Positions 1 through 10,008 of a stretch of DNA of 64,000 bases are shown here, piece by piece. This DNA is from an uncultured delta proteobacterium (GTDB lineage Bacteria; Desulfobacterota; Binatia; Binatales; Binataceae): positions 2,372,311 through 2,436,310 of the forward strand of contig CAWFIF010000001.1 in NCBI GenBank assembly GCA_963815835.1, given 5' to 3'. A program made the translations under genes and the position numbers. Numbering within the stretch: position 1 is the stretch's first letter; the number at the start of each line of letters is the position of its first letter. The notes below the pieces were generated by a model. The model saw only the letters and a program-made list of their open reading frames with translations. It was not told the origin of the DNA and ran no database searches.

Positions 1-16
1 CGCATGGATCGCGTCC

Positions 17-643
17 TCAATCGCGCGGAGGGACGGAGACGTAGCGGTTGCCGCGTTCGTAGAAGCGCCAGGGTAGGGCGGCCCACTCGCCGGCATAGTC
101 AACATTGATACGCGGGGAGCGGCCAATCTTGCCACGAGCAATTTCGACATCGCCCTCCTCGAGGAATAACTCATCGCCGCAAAGATCACGGCCGTAGTCG
201 GCGCCGGTGATCGCGAGCGCGCTCGTGAGTTTGCCGGGGCCATTGGTCAGCTCGCGCGAGGTCGCGGGCTTGTTGCGACGCCGCACCATCAGCTCGAGTC
301 CGCGTACCGGCTCCAGCGCGCGAATCAGTACCGCATGCGGTTTGCCCTCCGACGCGACCACCAGATTCATCGCCCAACTGGCGCCATAGAGCAGGAAGAC
401 GTAGGCATGGCCGGGCGGACCGAACATCGCGGTGGTGCGCTTGGTCAGCCCGCGCGCGCTGTGCGCTGCGAGATCCTGCGGACCGCGATAAGCCTCGGCC
501 TCGACGATGCGGCCGGCAGCCTCGCCTTCGGACGTGCGGTGCACGAGGATTTTTCCGATGCATTGTCGCGCCACCGTCAGCACCGGTTGCGCATAGAACT
601 CGCGCGGCAGCTTGCGCCGATTTTGCGATTCGCGTGCGATCAC
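17..643 (-). CDS. DNA-3-methyladenine glycosylase (Mpg/AAG family)
   Basis: 208-aa ORF. Motifs EAEAYRGPQDLAAHSARGLTKRTTAMFGPPGHAYVFLLYG are typical of the AAG/Mpg alkyladenine glycosylase fold. Confidence 0.85.
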   Translation of the reverse strand: MIARESQNRRKLPREFYAQPVLTVARQCIGKILVHRTSEGEAAGRIVEAEAYRGPQDLAAHSARGLTKRTTAMFGPPGHAYVFLLYGASWAMNLVVASEGKPHAVLIRALEPVRGLELMVRRRNKPATSRELTNGPGKLTSALAITGADYGRDLCGDELFLEEGDVEIARGKIGRSPRINVDYAGEWAALPWRFYERGNRYVSVPPRD

Positions 644-684
644 CGTGCCAATCTAATGACCGCGGTTCGCGCGAGGAAGAGAAT

Positions 685-706
685 CACAGGCTGAAGCCTG
701 TGCTAC
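685..706. repeat. REP-like palindromic element CACAGGCT-GA-AGCCTGTG plus CTAC tail (family copy 1)
   Basis: Perfect 8-bp inverted repeat with 2-nt centre, lying between the mpg start and the permease stop. Same motif as at 8557, 8652, 16850, 16922, 17733, 17799, 19650 and 19697. Confidence 0.8.
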
Positions 707-1854
707 TAGACAACTTTCCGCAGCGCGATCGCCGGCGCCACTTGCAGTGCGCCCGCAATCGGGAGCGTGCCGCTCATCACGCTGACCGCGATCGCGACGA
801 CAATTGATTCGACTATGACCGCGGGAGTGATCGCGATCAGCCCCAGCCCGCTGGTTATCGTGCTGAGATTCATACCGCCCGCGAAAATCGCGAGCGTGGC
901 TGCCGCGCCAATCAGTCCGCCTGCGATGCCTAGCGCCACCGCCTCGCCAAAGAGGAGAAACGCGATGCGGCCGCTGCCGAAGCCAAGGGTGCGCAGGAGG
1001 GCGACCTCGGGAATTCGATCGCGCACCGTCATCGCCATCGAGTTGCCGGCGATCAATAACACCGTGACGATCACGACCGCGACCAGGCTGAAGATGATCG
1101 CGCGGATGTTGCCGATATTCGCGAGACCCTGCGCGATCGCATCGCTCTCGGTCTGGGTGCGGGTTTCGTAGTCGGAGTTGTGAAACTTCTCGTCGATCGC
1201 GCGCGCGACTGGGCCCACGTTGTCCGCCGTATCGACCTGCACGACGAGCCGGCTTGCCTGGGGGCCGACGGCGCCGCCGTGAGCCTTGGCGAATTCCTTG
1301 AGGTAGTCGCTGCGCATCAGAAAGACGTTCGGATATCGCGCGGATGGAATTTCACCCGCGATCAGAAAGTCCATGCCGACACCGCTGGGAAAATGCAGCA
1401 TGATTTTCTGGCCGATGTGCCAGTTGTACTTCTTGAGCAGGAGCGAGCCGACTGCGACCGAGCGCCGATCGCGAAGAAAGTTGGTGACTAACGACGGCTG
1501 GTTGTCGAAATCGGTTGTCATATCGAAAATTTCCTTGTCCGACGCCACGATTCCGATCCAATCGCTGTCGTTGCGATACAATTCCCAGAAGTCCCAATTC
1601 GCGACGCATCCGTCAACGTGCGGCATCTTCTTGATTTCCTCGCAATCCTGCGTCGGCACTCCATACGGACCGCTGCGATTGGTGACGAATAGCCGCTGCC
1701 CGCGCGCCGCCATGTCGATGATGTGATCCATCGAGGCCGGCACCGCCATCAGCATCGCGAACACCAGCGTGGCAATCGCAATCATCACGATGGTGAGAAT
1801 CGTGCGGCGCGTGCGGCGCATCATGTTGCGGAAGATGAGTTCCAAGTACTTCAT
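706..1854 (-). CDS. ABC transporter permease, FtsX/MacB-like
   Basis: 382 aa. N-terminal TM helix, large periplasmic domain, then three C-terminal TM helices, with FtsX-type motifs. Paralogous to 1861-3018, 14429-15592, 15706-16839 and 19740-20891. Confidence 0.85.
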   Translation of the reverse strand: MKYLELIFRNMMRRTRRTILTIVMIAIATLVFAMLMAVPASMDHIIDMAARGQRLFVTNRSGPYGVPTQDCEEIKKMPHVDGCVANWDFWELYRNDSDWIGIVASDKEIFDMTTDFDNQPSLVTNFLRDRRSVAVGSLLLKKYNWHIGQKIMLHFPSGVGMDFLIAGEIPSARYPNVFLMRSDYLKEFAKAHGGAVGPQASRLVVQVDTADNVGPVARAIDEKFHNSDYETRTQTESDAIAQGLANIGNIRAIIFSLVAVVIVTVLLIAGNSMAMTVRDRIPEVALLRTLGFGSGRIAFLLFGEAVALGIAGGLIGAAATLAIFAGGMNLSTITSGLGLIAITPAVIVESIVVAIAVSVMSGTLPIAGALQVAPAIALRKVV

Positions 1855-1860
1855 AGAGGG

Positions 1861-3018
1861 TCAGTCGCGCAGCGCTTCCATCACGCGGATTCGCGACGCC
1901 TGCCACGCCGGAAGCAATCCGCCGGCGATTCCGATCACGATCGAGGCAACGATTCCGGCGATCATCGCGGTGCTATCGAGCTGAAATGAAAAGAGTATGG
2001 TGCCGACGTTCATCAGCCGGCTCTGCAAGCCCGTGCCGTATGCGACGACGACCGCGAGCAACTCGCCGAGCATCCCGCCCGCCAGTCCGAGCACCGCGCT
2101 CTCGACGATGAACGCGAGCAGCACCGTGCCGCGCCCGAATCCGAGCACGCGCAGAGTGCCGACCTCGCGACGCCGCCGCGCGACCGCGGAGTACATCGTG
2201 TTCATCGCGCCGAAAGCCGCGCCGATGGCGAGCACCATCGCGACCGCGAGCCCGAGGCTGCGAATCTGGCTGCTGAACCCGGCCGCCTGCAAATAGAAAG
2301 CCTGCTCCGACATCAGATCGACCCGCAGCCGATTGTCGCGATGCAGTTTTGCGGCGAATGCCTCAGCCTCGCCGGGCCTCAAGACGACGTGAAAGACGTC
2401 GTAGTTGATGGCGCCCGCGACGTGAAACTCGAGCGCGAGATCATCGAGATCGGTCCACACTTCCGATTCGCGAGCGCTGCCGTTGTCGCCGAAAATCCCG
2501 ACGATATGCCAATTGTTGCGCCCCCAATGAAAAGTGTCGCCGATCCTAAGATTGGGATGGCGCGCGGCGAAGCGCTGACCGAGCATCCATTGGAACTGTC
2601 CGCGCTCGGGGCGATGCCCCTCGATAACGTGAACCCCCGGATGCACTTCATATGCGATCGGCAGCACCGATCGCAGCGTTCCGCTCGACGCGAGCGGCGC
2701 GTCGGGAGTGGGATCGAAGCCATTGACGTCCTCGGGCGAGAGCAGCGGATTGCCTGCCCCGTCGGTTGCGATCTCGGGCATAGTTTTGATGATGTCGTAG
2801 CTCTCGTGACTGATGTATCCGCTTTCAACCAGCACGCCACGTTGAAGTATTACCCAGTGGTCGCGCTCGCCGGCGAGCGTCACGGTGCGCCGCATCCCGT
2901 CAACGAAGCCGAGCAGAATCGTAAGCACGCTGACGACCATCGCGACGCTGACCGCGGTCATCGCGGAGGAGGTCATCCGCTGACCGACGCTGCGAACGCT
3001 GTAGCGAAGAGGAACCAT
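1861..3018 (-). CDS. ABC transporter permease, FtsX/MacB-like
   Basis: 385 aa with the same architecture as its neighbour, arranged in tandem. Confidence 0.85.
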   Translation of the reverse strand: MVPLRYSVRSVGQRMTSSAMTAVSVAMVVSVLTILLGFVDGMRRTVTLAGERDHWVILQRGVLVESGYISHESYDIIKTMPEIATDGAGNPLLSPEDVNGFDPTPDAPLASSGTLRSVLPIAYEVHPGVHVIEGHRPERGQFQWMLGQRFAARHPNLRIGDTFHWGRNNWHIVGIFGDNGSARESEVWTDLDDLALEFHVAGAINYDVFHVVLRPGEAEAFAAKLHRDNRLRVDLMSEQAFYLQAAGFSSQIRSLGLAVAMVLAIGAAFGAMNTMYSAVARRRREVGTLRVLGFGRGTVLLAFIVESAVLGLAGGMLGELLAVVVAYGTGLQSRLMNVGTILFSFQLDSTAMIAGIVASIVIGIAGGLLPAWQASRIRVMEALRD

Positions 3019-3263
3019 CAGTCTCCCGCGAGGTGATGCTTCGTCGAGTCTACACGAACGCGCCTCGAAGCGGTCAACGCAGTGCCGAAGCTGCGCACGC
3101 CGGGAAAAAGTTTCAGGCTTGACCTATATGGAACCAATGGGTTACAGGAAGGGGAGTAAGATCAACCTAGTGTATGTTTCTCGCGAGCGTCCGTGCCACG
3201 CCACAGGAGCGCAAACGATCACTCCCTGCGGATCACTTGATCCCTGATCCAGCGGACACCATC

Positions 3264-3791
3264 ATGCACGCCATCACAATCGCCGCACCGCCCGAGCGTG
3301 TCTGGCCGTGGCTGGTGCAGATGGGTTCGGGGCGCGCTGGTTGGTACAGCTACGACTGGGTGGACAATGACGGCCATCCAAGTGCGACCGAGATCATCCC
3401 CGCCCTTCAGCACCTCGCGCCTGGGGACGTGATGCCGTCTCTGCCGGGAGCAGAGGACTCGTTCATCGTCGGCGCAGTGCAACCGGAGCGCGATCTCGTA
3501 CTGACCGTACCTGCGGCCGCGGGGGGCCTTATGGTGAGTTGGGAATTTTTCCTCGAACCACTCGCTCAACGTTGGACACGCCTGCTCGTGCGCGGCCGGA
3601 TCAGCTCGCAATGGCCGGGGGGAGGCGCGGAAAAACCAGCGGCCTCTCCCCGCCCTATCGAACGCGTCTATGCCCTGCTTGCGAGGATTCCGCGCTGGCT
3701 GATGGCGCCCGTCGCGCTCTTCGGCCACGGTGTTATGCAGGCGCGGCAGCTCCGGGGTATCAAGCGTCGCGCGGAAGCGACCAGCTTTTAG
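3264..3791 (+). CDS. SRPBCC (polyketide cyclase/START-like) family protein
   Basis: Starts at the internal ATG 3264 (MHAITIAAPPERVWPWLV...). The ERVWxWL motif is typical of SRPBCC/AHSA1-like ligand-binding proteins. ~175 aa. Confidence 0.6.
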   Translation: MHAITIAAPPERVWPWLVQMGSGRAGWYSYDWVDNDGHPSATEIIPALQHLAPGDVMPSLPGAEDSFIVGAVQPERDLVLTVPAAAGGLMVSWEFFLEPLAQRWTRLLVRGRISSQWPGGGAEKPAASPRPIERVYALLARIPRWLMAPVALFGHGVMQARQLRGIKRRAEATSF

Positions 3792-5224
3792 GGCTTGATT
3801 TCGCCGGAGGCGGCTTTGCTGCCGCCGGGGCCTTCAGGCTTCTTCAAGTTGAACTTGTCGAGGCGGTACTGCAGCGTCCGATAGCTCATGCCTAACATCT
3901 TGGAGGCTTTCGCTATCACCCAGTCGGATTTTTCCATCGCCTGGAGAATCAGGTCGCGCTCGAAAGTCTCGAAGTTGATTCCCTCGTTGGGAATTTCGAA
4001 ACGGTCGCCGCGCGAGGCGCCCCGGTCGCCCGGCTTGATCGGAATCTTGCGCGAAAGAACTTCCGCCGGCAGATCTTTCGGCATGATCTTGTCGCCGTCA
4101 CATAAGAGAATCGCGCGCTCGATCGCCGACTCGAGTTGACGCACGTTACCCGGCCATGGATAGTCGACCAGGATTTCCATCGCCTCGCGGCTGAGCTCCT
4201 TGGCGTGTCCGTCGGCGAGATGCGCGAACTTCTTGAGCGCGTGCGCCGCGAGGAGCGGTATATCGCCGCGCCGATCGCGCAGCGGCGGCATCGTGATGGT
4301 GACGACGTTGACGCGATAGTAGAGGTCCTCGCGGAAGTTTCCTTCGGCGACTTCGTCGGCGAGATTCTTGTTGGTCGCGGCGATGAGCCGCACGTTAACG
4401 TGAAATGACTCGTTGCCGCCGACGCGCCGCACCTCACGCTCCTGCAGCACGCGCAGCATCTTGGCTTGCAGCGACGGGGGCAGGTCGGCGATCTCGTCGA
4501 GGAACAGAGTCGATTTGTCCGCCGCTTCGATGAGTCCGATCTTGCGCTCATTGGCGCCGGTGAACGCGCCCTTCTCATGACCGAAGAGTTCGTTCTCCAT
4601 CAGCGTTTCGGGAATCGCGGAGCAGTTGATCGCGACGAACGGGCGCGCCGCACGAGGCGACAGGCGATGAATCCCGCGCGCGATCACTTCCTTGCCGGTG
4701 CCGCTCTCGCCCTGAATCAGCGCGGTGGAATTCGAGGGCGCGATTTTCCGCACGATGCGGATAACGTCCTGCACGGCGGCATCGACGCCGATGATTCCTT
4801 CTACCGTCATGCCGCCTTCGAGTTTGCTCTTGAGCAGCGCGTTCTCCTGCTTGAGATTCGCGACCTCGGCGGCCTTCGAGATGGTCATCACCAGGGTCTC
4901 GCGATCGGTCGGCTTGGTGAGGTAATAGAACGCGCCGTTCTTCATCGCCTGCACGGCGCTCTCGATGGTGCCGTGCGCGGTGAGCAGCACCACCTGCGTG
5001 CCGGGATACATGGGCCGCACCTTCGTGAGCAGCTCGTCGCCCGACATCCCGGGCATCATGAGGTCGGTGAGGACCACGTCGAACTCGCCCAGCCCGAGGC
5101 ATTCGAGCGCGCGCTTGCCGGTGGCGGCCTCCTCGACGTTGAAGCCTTCTTCGCGCAGGGTGTCGGCGGTTATCTGGCGTTCCAGGTCGTTGTCTTCGAC
5201 GACGAGTACTGAGGATCGATTCAT
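3788..5224 (-). CDS. sigma-54-dependent response regulator (NtrC family: REC + AAA+ + Fis-HTH)
   Basis: N-terminal receiver (VLVVEDND...DLMMPGMSG), AAA+ core with GESGTGKE Walker A and the GAFTGA motif, and a C-terminal HTH. Confidence 0.9.
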   Translation of the reverse strand: MNRSSVLVVEDNDLERQITADTLREEGFNVEEAATGKRALECLGLGEFDVVLTDLMMPGMSGDELLTKVRPMYPGTQVVLLTAHGTIESAVQAMKNGAFYYLTKPTDRETLVMTISKAAEVANLKQENALLKSKLEGGMTVEGIIGVDAAVQDVIRIVRKIAPSNSTALIQGESGTGKEVIARGIHRLSPRAARPFVAINCSAIPETLMENELFGHEKGAFTGANERKIGLIEAADKSTLFLDEIADLPPSLQAKMLRVLQEREVRRVGGNESFHVNVRLIAATNKNLADEVAEGNFREDLYYRVNVVTITMPPLRDRRGDIPLLAAHALKKFAHLADGHAKELSREAMEILVDYPWPGNVRQLESAIERAILLCDGDKIMPKDLPAEVLSRKIPIKPGDRGASRGDRFEIPNEGINFETFERDLILQAMEKSDWVIAKASKMLGMSYRTLQYRLDKFNLKKPEGPGGSKAASGEIKP

Positions 5225-5230
5225 GATGAT

Positions 5231-6760
5231 TTATCTCTGTATGGTTCCCAACGGGCCCGCGCCGACCGGGAAGGTGAAGGTGACGATAGTGCCGTGTTCG
5301 CCCTCAAGCGGCGCGATGCTGATAGTGCCGCCGTGGCGCTCGACGATCGACCTCGACAGAAACAGCCCGAGCCCGATCCCCTCGCGCTTGGTGGTGAAGA
5401 ACGGTTCGAACACGCGCTTGGCGACGTCGGGATCGATGCCGGCGCCGTTGTCTCTGAAGGTTATCACGAGCCGGTCGCCTTCCTGATGGAACGCGATGCG
5501 GAGTTCGCCGCCGTCGGGCATCGCCTGGATCGCGTTGGCGATCACGTTGACGAAGCACATGCGGATTTTTTCCGCGTCAACGTTGAGCATGGTCGGCACA
5601 CCGTTGACTTCCTCGACCAACTGCACGCCCTGCGCCCGCATCTTCGATTCTGAGATTTGCAGGACGCTATCAACCAGTCCGCGCACGTCGGCCGGCGAGG
5701 GATGGATCTCGATCGGCTTGCCGTAGTTGAGGAAACTCTGCACCAGCTCGGAGAGGCGGCGAATCTCGTCCTTCATCAGCGCGATCTGATGCACGTAGAT
5801 GTCGGTGTCGGGCTTGACCCGGCGCGCATATTTGGTGCGCATCTGATCGAGCGCGAGGCTGATGAAGTTGAGCGGATTTTTTATTTCATGCGCCAGGCCG
5901 CCCGCGAGCTGGCCGAGCGCGGTGAAACGCTCGAGGCGATTGAGCTCGGCCTCGCGCTCGCGCGCGTGACGCAACTGCTCGACCATCTCGTTGAAGCTAT
6001 GCGTCAAAAGCCCGATCTCGTCGCGACGCTTGCCCTCGGGCACCGGCTCCAGCCCGCGCGCCATGATGTTCTGCGCCGCCGAGGCGACCGCGTGAATCGG
6101 CTCGACGTAACGCTCGGCGAGGAAGTACGCGATTATCAATCCGGCCGCGAAGATAACGACCGCGAGGGTCAACTCACGCAGCCGGCTCTGCGCCAGCGGC
6201 TTCGCGAAGTCGCCGAAATTTGCCACCACGCGAACATAGCCGAGCAGATGATCTTCGACCTGGATCGGAATCAGATAAACGGTCTGCTCGGAGCCGCGCA
6301 GCTTCACCGGCGGAACATCGCCGCTGTTGCGAGCCTCGATGACGTTGGCGTTCTCGAGCGAGGTCTTCTGCAGCGCCTCGCCGACGATCTTCGGATTGGA
6401 GCTGTTGATGATCAGGTTCTGCGTCAACGCGATCGAAACTTCGAGTCCTTTGCTGCGCAGTCCGGCGACGTAATTTCGCAGCCGGTCGGGATCGGTCGGC
6501 CGCACCGAAGTGAGTTCCTGCACGCTGATCTGAATCGCCCGGGTGAGGTCGCTGACTTTTTCCTGCGTGCTCTCAACGATCGCCTCCTGGGTGCCGAGAC
6601 TGACGATCACCTCCGCGCCCAGCGTCAGCGCGAGCAGACCGACCATCAGGAAGATCAGCTTGGCCTTCAGATTCAGCGCTGGGAATCTATATGCCATTGG
6701 GAGTGCGCGCTCCGACACTAATTTGAATTGAATTCCGGCTCTCTGCAAAGAGGCCGGCAA
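5231..6760 (-). CDS. sensor histidine kinase (TM-HAMP-HisKA-HATPase)
   Basis: 509 aa. H-box LAGGLAHEIKNPL and a C-terminal HATPase_c domain. Sits immediately upstream of the sigma-54 response regulator, forming a two-component pair. Confidence 0.9.
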   Translation of the reverse strand: MPASLQRAGIQFKLVSERALPMAYRFPALNLKAKLIFLMVGLLALTLGAEVIVSLGTQEAIVESTQEKVSDLTRAIQISVQELTSVRPTDPDRLRNYVAGLRSKGLEVSIALTQNLIINSSNPKIVGEALQKTSLENANVIEARNSGDVPPVKLRGSEQTVYLIPIQVEDHLLGYVRVVANFGDFAKPLAQSRLRELTLAVVIFAAGLIIAYFLAERYVEPIHAVASAAQNIMARGLEPVPEGKRRDEIGLLTHSFNEMVEQLRHAREREAELNRLERFTALGQLAGGLAHEIKNPLNFISLALDQMRTKYARRVKPDTDIYVHQIALMKDEIRRLSELVQSFLNYGKPIEIHPSPADVRGLVDSVLQISESKMRAQGVQLVEEVNGVPTMLNVDAEKIRMCFVNVIANAIQAMPDGGELRIAFHQEGDRLVITFRDNGAGIDPDVAKRVFEPFFTTKREGIGLGLFLSRSIVERHGGTISIAPLEGEHGTIVTFTFPVGAGPLGTIQR

Positions 6761-6778
6761 TCGCGTCCAACCGGCCGC

Positions 6779-7405
6779 TCAGGTTTTGGCTCCGCTAGCT
6801 GAAAGGCGTATCACAGCCATCCGGGTCAGGTAGATCACGCCGCACAATGCGATCACGATCCAGAGCACTTTCTGGAAGCCGCCGATGTAGTGGATCACTT
6901 TTTCGATCTGCTCGCCGAAGACGTATCCGAGCGTGACGACGACCGGCACCGAAATCGCCGCGCCCGCGAGGTCGTAGAGAAAAAACCGGCTGGGCGGCAC
7001 TCCCAGCGATCCCGCCGAGAGATAAACCAGGGCGCGAAAGCCGGCGAAGAATCGCGCATAGAAAATCGCGAGGTGGCCATGGCGATGCATGAAGGCGTGC
7101 AGCCGCTCGAGGTTGTTCGAGGAACCATCGCCGTGACGCTTCGATTTCTTGAGGCCGAGATATGCGAGCAGATTGGATCCCACTCCGCGCCCGATGAAGT
7201 AGAGCGAGTTATCGCCGACGATCACGCCCGCCAACGCGACCACCAGCGTGACCGGGTAGCGCGTGATGCCCCGATGCGCGAGGTAGCCGCCGGCCAGCAA
7301 CGCGACGTCCTCGGGCATCGGCAGACCGAGGCCGCACAGCATCAGGATCACGAACAATCCGGCGTAGGTGAAGTGTTCGATGTATGCGGAAATCAAACTA
7401 ACCAA
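6779..7405 (-). CDS. DedA/SNARE-associated family membrane protein
   Basis: 208 aa, multi-pass membrane protein with the DedA-like motif GLGLPMPEDVALLAGGYL. Confidence 0.8.
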   Translation of the reverse strand: MVSLISAYIEHFTYAGLFVILMLCGLGLPMPEDVALLAGGYLAHRGITRYPVTLVVALAGVIVGDNSLYFIGRGVGSNLLAYLGLKKSKRHGDGSSNNLERLHAFMHRHGHLAIFYARFFAGFRALVYLSAGSLGVPPSRFFLYDLAGAAISVPVVVTLGYVFGEQIEKVIHYIGGFQKVLWIVIALCGVIYLTRMAVIRLSASGAKT

Positions 7406-7408
7406 CGG

Positions 7409-7846
7409 TCATTCTCCGTTGGCGAAACGGTCGCGCAGCGCGTCGCGGATTTTCTCGACCGGCATCCCTTGCGCGGCAAGCTTCTCGGCCTCGAGCGCCT
7501 CGCCGGTGCAGATCGCGCAATGTGCGCCGTGAGTGTCGCGATAGCAGTCGAGCAGGTTCTTGTGCCCGTCGGTGCGATCGCATCCGCAATAGCAATGCAG
7601 TTGCGCGAGCAGCGTGGGATCGTGCTCGGCGATTTGGTAGGCCTTCTTCACATCGCCGACGAACAGGTTGGGATCGAGGGTCATGCGCAAATGATTGGCG
7701 GCGTCGCCGGCGATCTGCTGTGTCGCTATCGAATCAGACGCGCGCGAACGGTAAACGCTCAGGCCCCCATAAGTTGCGACCGCCGCCACCACCGCGACTA
7801 CCACGATCACCAAAGAGTCGGGCTTGGCCTTTTTTGATTTGCTCAT
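7409..7846 (-). CDS. membrane-anchored PCYCGC-motif protein (DUF, Cys-rich)
   Basis: Starts at the internal ATG (MSKSKKAKPD...). One N-terminal TM helix, then HCYCGCDRTDGH...C...HCAIC, matching the PCYCGC-motif family of unknown function. Confidence 0.6.
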   Translation of the reverse strand: MSKSKKAKPDSLVIVVVAVVAAVATYGGLSVYRSRASDSIATQQIAGDAANHLRMTLDPNLFVGDVKKAYQIAEHDPTLLAQLHCYCGCDRTDGHKNLLDCYRDTHGAHCAICTGEALEAEKLAAQGMPVEKIRDALRDRFANGE

Positions 7847-7859
7847 AGATAGAGTGTCA

Positions 7860-8546
7860 CTATAGCATTTCGATGGTTTGCAGGCTCTGCTGCGCGAAGC
7901 TGTAAAGCGATGCGGGGCGATGCGCCCCTCGCCGCGTCCCACGGCCTTTCTTGAGAATACCCATCGCCATGATTCGGCGCCGGAAGTTTCGCCGATCGAT
8001 GGGGCGATTCAGAATCACCGCGTAAAGTTCCTCCAGCTCCGCGAATGTGAACTCCTCGGGCAGCAGGCTGTGCGCGATATTCGTGTATTCGAGCTTGGCC
8101 TTCAGCCGCTTCAGCGCGTACTCCGCCATCAGTCCATGATCGTATGCGAGCGGAGGCAGCGCGGAAACCTCGAACCATTTCCCCGCCGGCTCGTCGCCGC
8201 TGGGCGAGCGGACTGCGCCCGTATCGGGGATGAGTGCCATATATGCGACAGAAACGACATGCGAATTGGGATCGCGCGAGGGATCGCCGAAGGTGAAAAG
8301 CTGCTCGAGGTAAGCCTCGCGCAGGCCGGTGGAGGATTGCAGTTGGCGGCGGGCCGCGTCATCGAGCATCTCGCCGACGCGCACCAGGCCGCCGGGAAAC
8401 GCCCATCGCCCGCGCAGCGGACCGCTCTTGATCGGGATGAGATAGCTGCGCACGCCGCCGTCGCTGCGCGCGAACAGGACAGTATCGACGGCGACCTTGG
8501 GCCGCGCGTGGCGCTGGAGGCGGTGATTGTTGGTACTGACGCTCAT
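7860..8546 (-). CDS. nrtR: NrtR-like Nudix-related transcriptional regulator (degenerate Nudix domain + C-terminal winged helix)
   Basis: 228 aa. The Nudix box GX5EX7REUXEEXGU is present as GLVRVGEMLDDAARRQLQSSTGL with the catalytic Glu residues replaced (RQL.QSS). The C-terminal ~70 aa is basic and wHTH-like. Lies directly downstream of nadA. Confidence 0.65.
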   Translation of the reverse strand: MSVSTNNHRLQRHARPKVAVDTVLFARSDGGVRSYLIPIKSGPLRGRWAFPGGLVRVGEMLDDAARRQLQSSTGLREAYLEQLFTFGDPSRDPNSHVVSVAYMALIPDTGAVRSPSGDEPAGKWFEVSALPPLAYDHGLMAEYALKRLKAKLEYTNIAHSLLPEEFTFAELEELYAVILNRPIDRRNFRRRIMAMGILKKGRGTRRGAHRPASLYSFAQQSLQTIEML

Positions 8547-8556
8547 GCAGATCGGA

Positions 8557-8578
8557 CACAGGCTAAAGCCTGTGCTAC
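8557..8578. repeat. REP-like palindromic element (CACAGGCTAAAGCCTGTG+CTAC)
   Basis: Inverted-orientation partner at 8652-8673, 73 bp away. Intergenic between nrtR and nadA. Confidence 0.8.
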
Positions 8579-8651
8579 TTCAAAGAAAAGGGAACCAGGC
8601 GCACAGCATTCGAGTACTAGAATGGCGGCGCGTTCTATTTTCTCCGTTCTG

Positions 8652-8673
8652 GTAGCACAGGCTTTAGCCTGTG
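8652..8673. repeat. REP-like palindromic element (GTAG+CACAGGCTTTAGCCTGTG)
   Basis: Reverse complement of the 8557 copy, forming a convergent pair. Confidence 0.8.
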
Positions 8674-8686
8674 TCCTGAATTACGT

Positions 8687-9727
8687 CTACGCGCTCAACT
8701 CAAGCATCTTCTCCAACGCGCGCTTGGCGCCCTCCCGCACCTCATCATCGAGCGTGATCTCGTAACGCAGGTTCTCCAGCGAATCGAGCACGCCGTCGAG
8801 CGTGATCATCTTCATAAAGCGGCACAGCTTGCACGACTTGTAGAAGTGCTTCTCGGGAACCTCCAGCAGCAGGCGATCGGAAAGCCCGCACTCGGTCACG
8901 ATGAGAAACTTGTCGGCCGGGCTCTCCTTCGCATACTTCATCATCGCGGAAGTCGAGAGCGTCGCATCGGCGAGCGCGATCACGTCCTTGCGGCATTCCG
9001 GATGCGCAATCACGACGATGCCGGGAATCGAGCGCTTCGCCCGCATAACCTCTTCCGGCGTTATCTGATGATGCACGTAGCAATTGCCGTCCCATGAGAT
9101 GATGTTCTTGCGGGTGTGGCTCTGCACGTAATTGGCGAGGTTCTCATCGGGCACGAACAGGATGTTGTTCGAATCGATCGCCTCGATGATTCTGGTCGCG
9201 TTAGCCGAGGTGCAGCACGCGTCGGACTCCGCCTTCACATCGGCGGTGCAGTTCACATACGAGACAACCTTGAGGTCGGGATAAATCTTCCTGAGCTCGG
9301 CCTTGCGCTCGGCCAGCGCCTCGGCGGTGATGCTCTCGGCGAGCGAGCATCCAGCCCTCAGATCGGGAATCAGCACCTTGCGTTCGGGATTGAAGACCTT
9401 GGCGGTCTCGGCCATGAAATGCACGCCGCAAAACACGATGACCTCGGCGTCCTTGACCGCGCGAGCCTTGCGCGCGAGTTCGAGCGAATCGCCGATAAAG
9501 TCCGCGACCTCGAAAATCTCGGGCCGCTGATAATTGTGCGCGAGGATGACGGCGCGCCGCTCGCGTTTGAGCCTGAGGATGCGTGCGATAGTCGAGGCAT
9601 AGCGCTCGCACGCCGGCATGTCATATGTGTCTTCCTGATGGAGGGCGGCCAGCTTGGCGTGCAGGTTCAATGCGCGAATGGTCGGCGTGTATGCGGTCTC
9701 GGTAGTGGTTTCCATTAAGCTGCTCAT
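8687..9727 (-). CDS. nadA: quinolinate synthase NadA
   Basis: The ORF extends to 10084, but NadA homology begins at MSSLMETTTE (ATG 9727). It is conserved throughout, including the Cys ligands of the [4Fe-4S] cluster. ~347 aa. Confidence 0.9.
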   Translation of the reverse strand: MSSLMETTTETAYTPTIRALNLHAKLAALHQEDTYDMPACERYASTIARILRLKRERRAVILAHNYQRPEIFEVADFIGDSLELARKARAVKDAEVIVFCGVHFMAETAKVFNPERKVLIPDLRAGCSLAESITAEALAERKAELRKIYPDLKVVSYVNCTADVKAESDACCTSANATRIIEAIDSNNILFVPDENLANYVQSHTRKNIISWDGNCYVHHQITPEEVMRAKRSIPGIVVIAHPECRKDVIALADATLSTSAMMKYAKESPADKFLIVTECGLSDRLLLEVPEKHFYKSCKLCRFMKMITLDGVLDSLENLRYEITLDDEVREGAKRALEKMLELSA

Positions 9728-10008
9728 ACTTTGCGTCGATATGACACTTACTGTAGCACTTAATGTATCGGCAACACAACCGAAAAATTGCTGCAATTTT
9801 TCGTCCTGAGTCCGCGAAGGACCTCGAACTCCACTCGCATCGGGATTCGAGATTTTTCCTCGGGGATTAGGTGAATGTTGACCCCTAACCAATTCGCGAA
9901 CGACACCTACCAAGATAGCGGCATGCGGCGTTGGTTGCCGCGACTTGAGACGACCCGGCGTTTTGGCGTAGCAGGAGGGGGCGCATATGAAGATGAGGAG
10001 CAATTCAG

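Noticed and set aside
5657-6721. 354-aa + strand ORF antisense to the histidine kinase
   Set aside because: No motifs and an Arg/Ala-rich composition typical of antisense frames in GC-rich genes. The kinase on the opposite strand has clear domain motifs.
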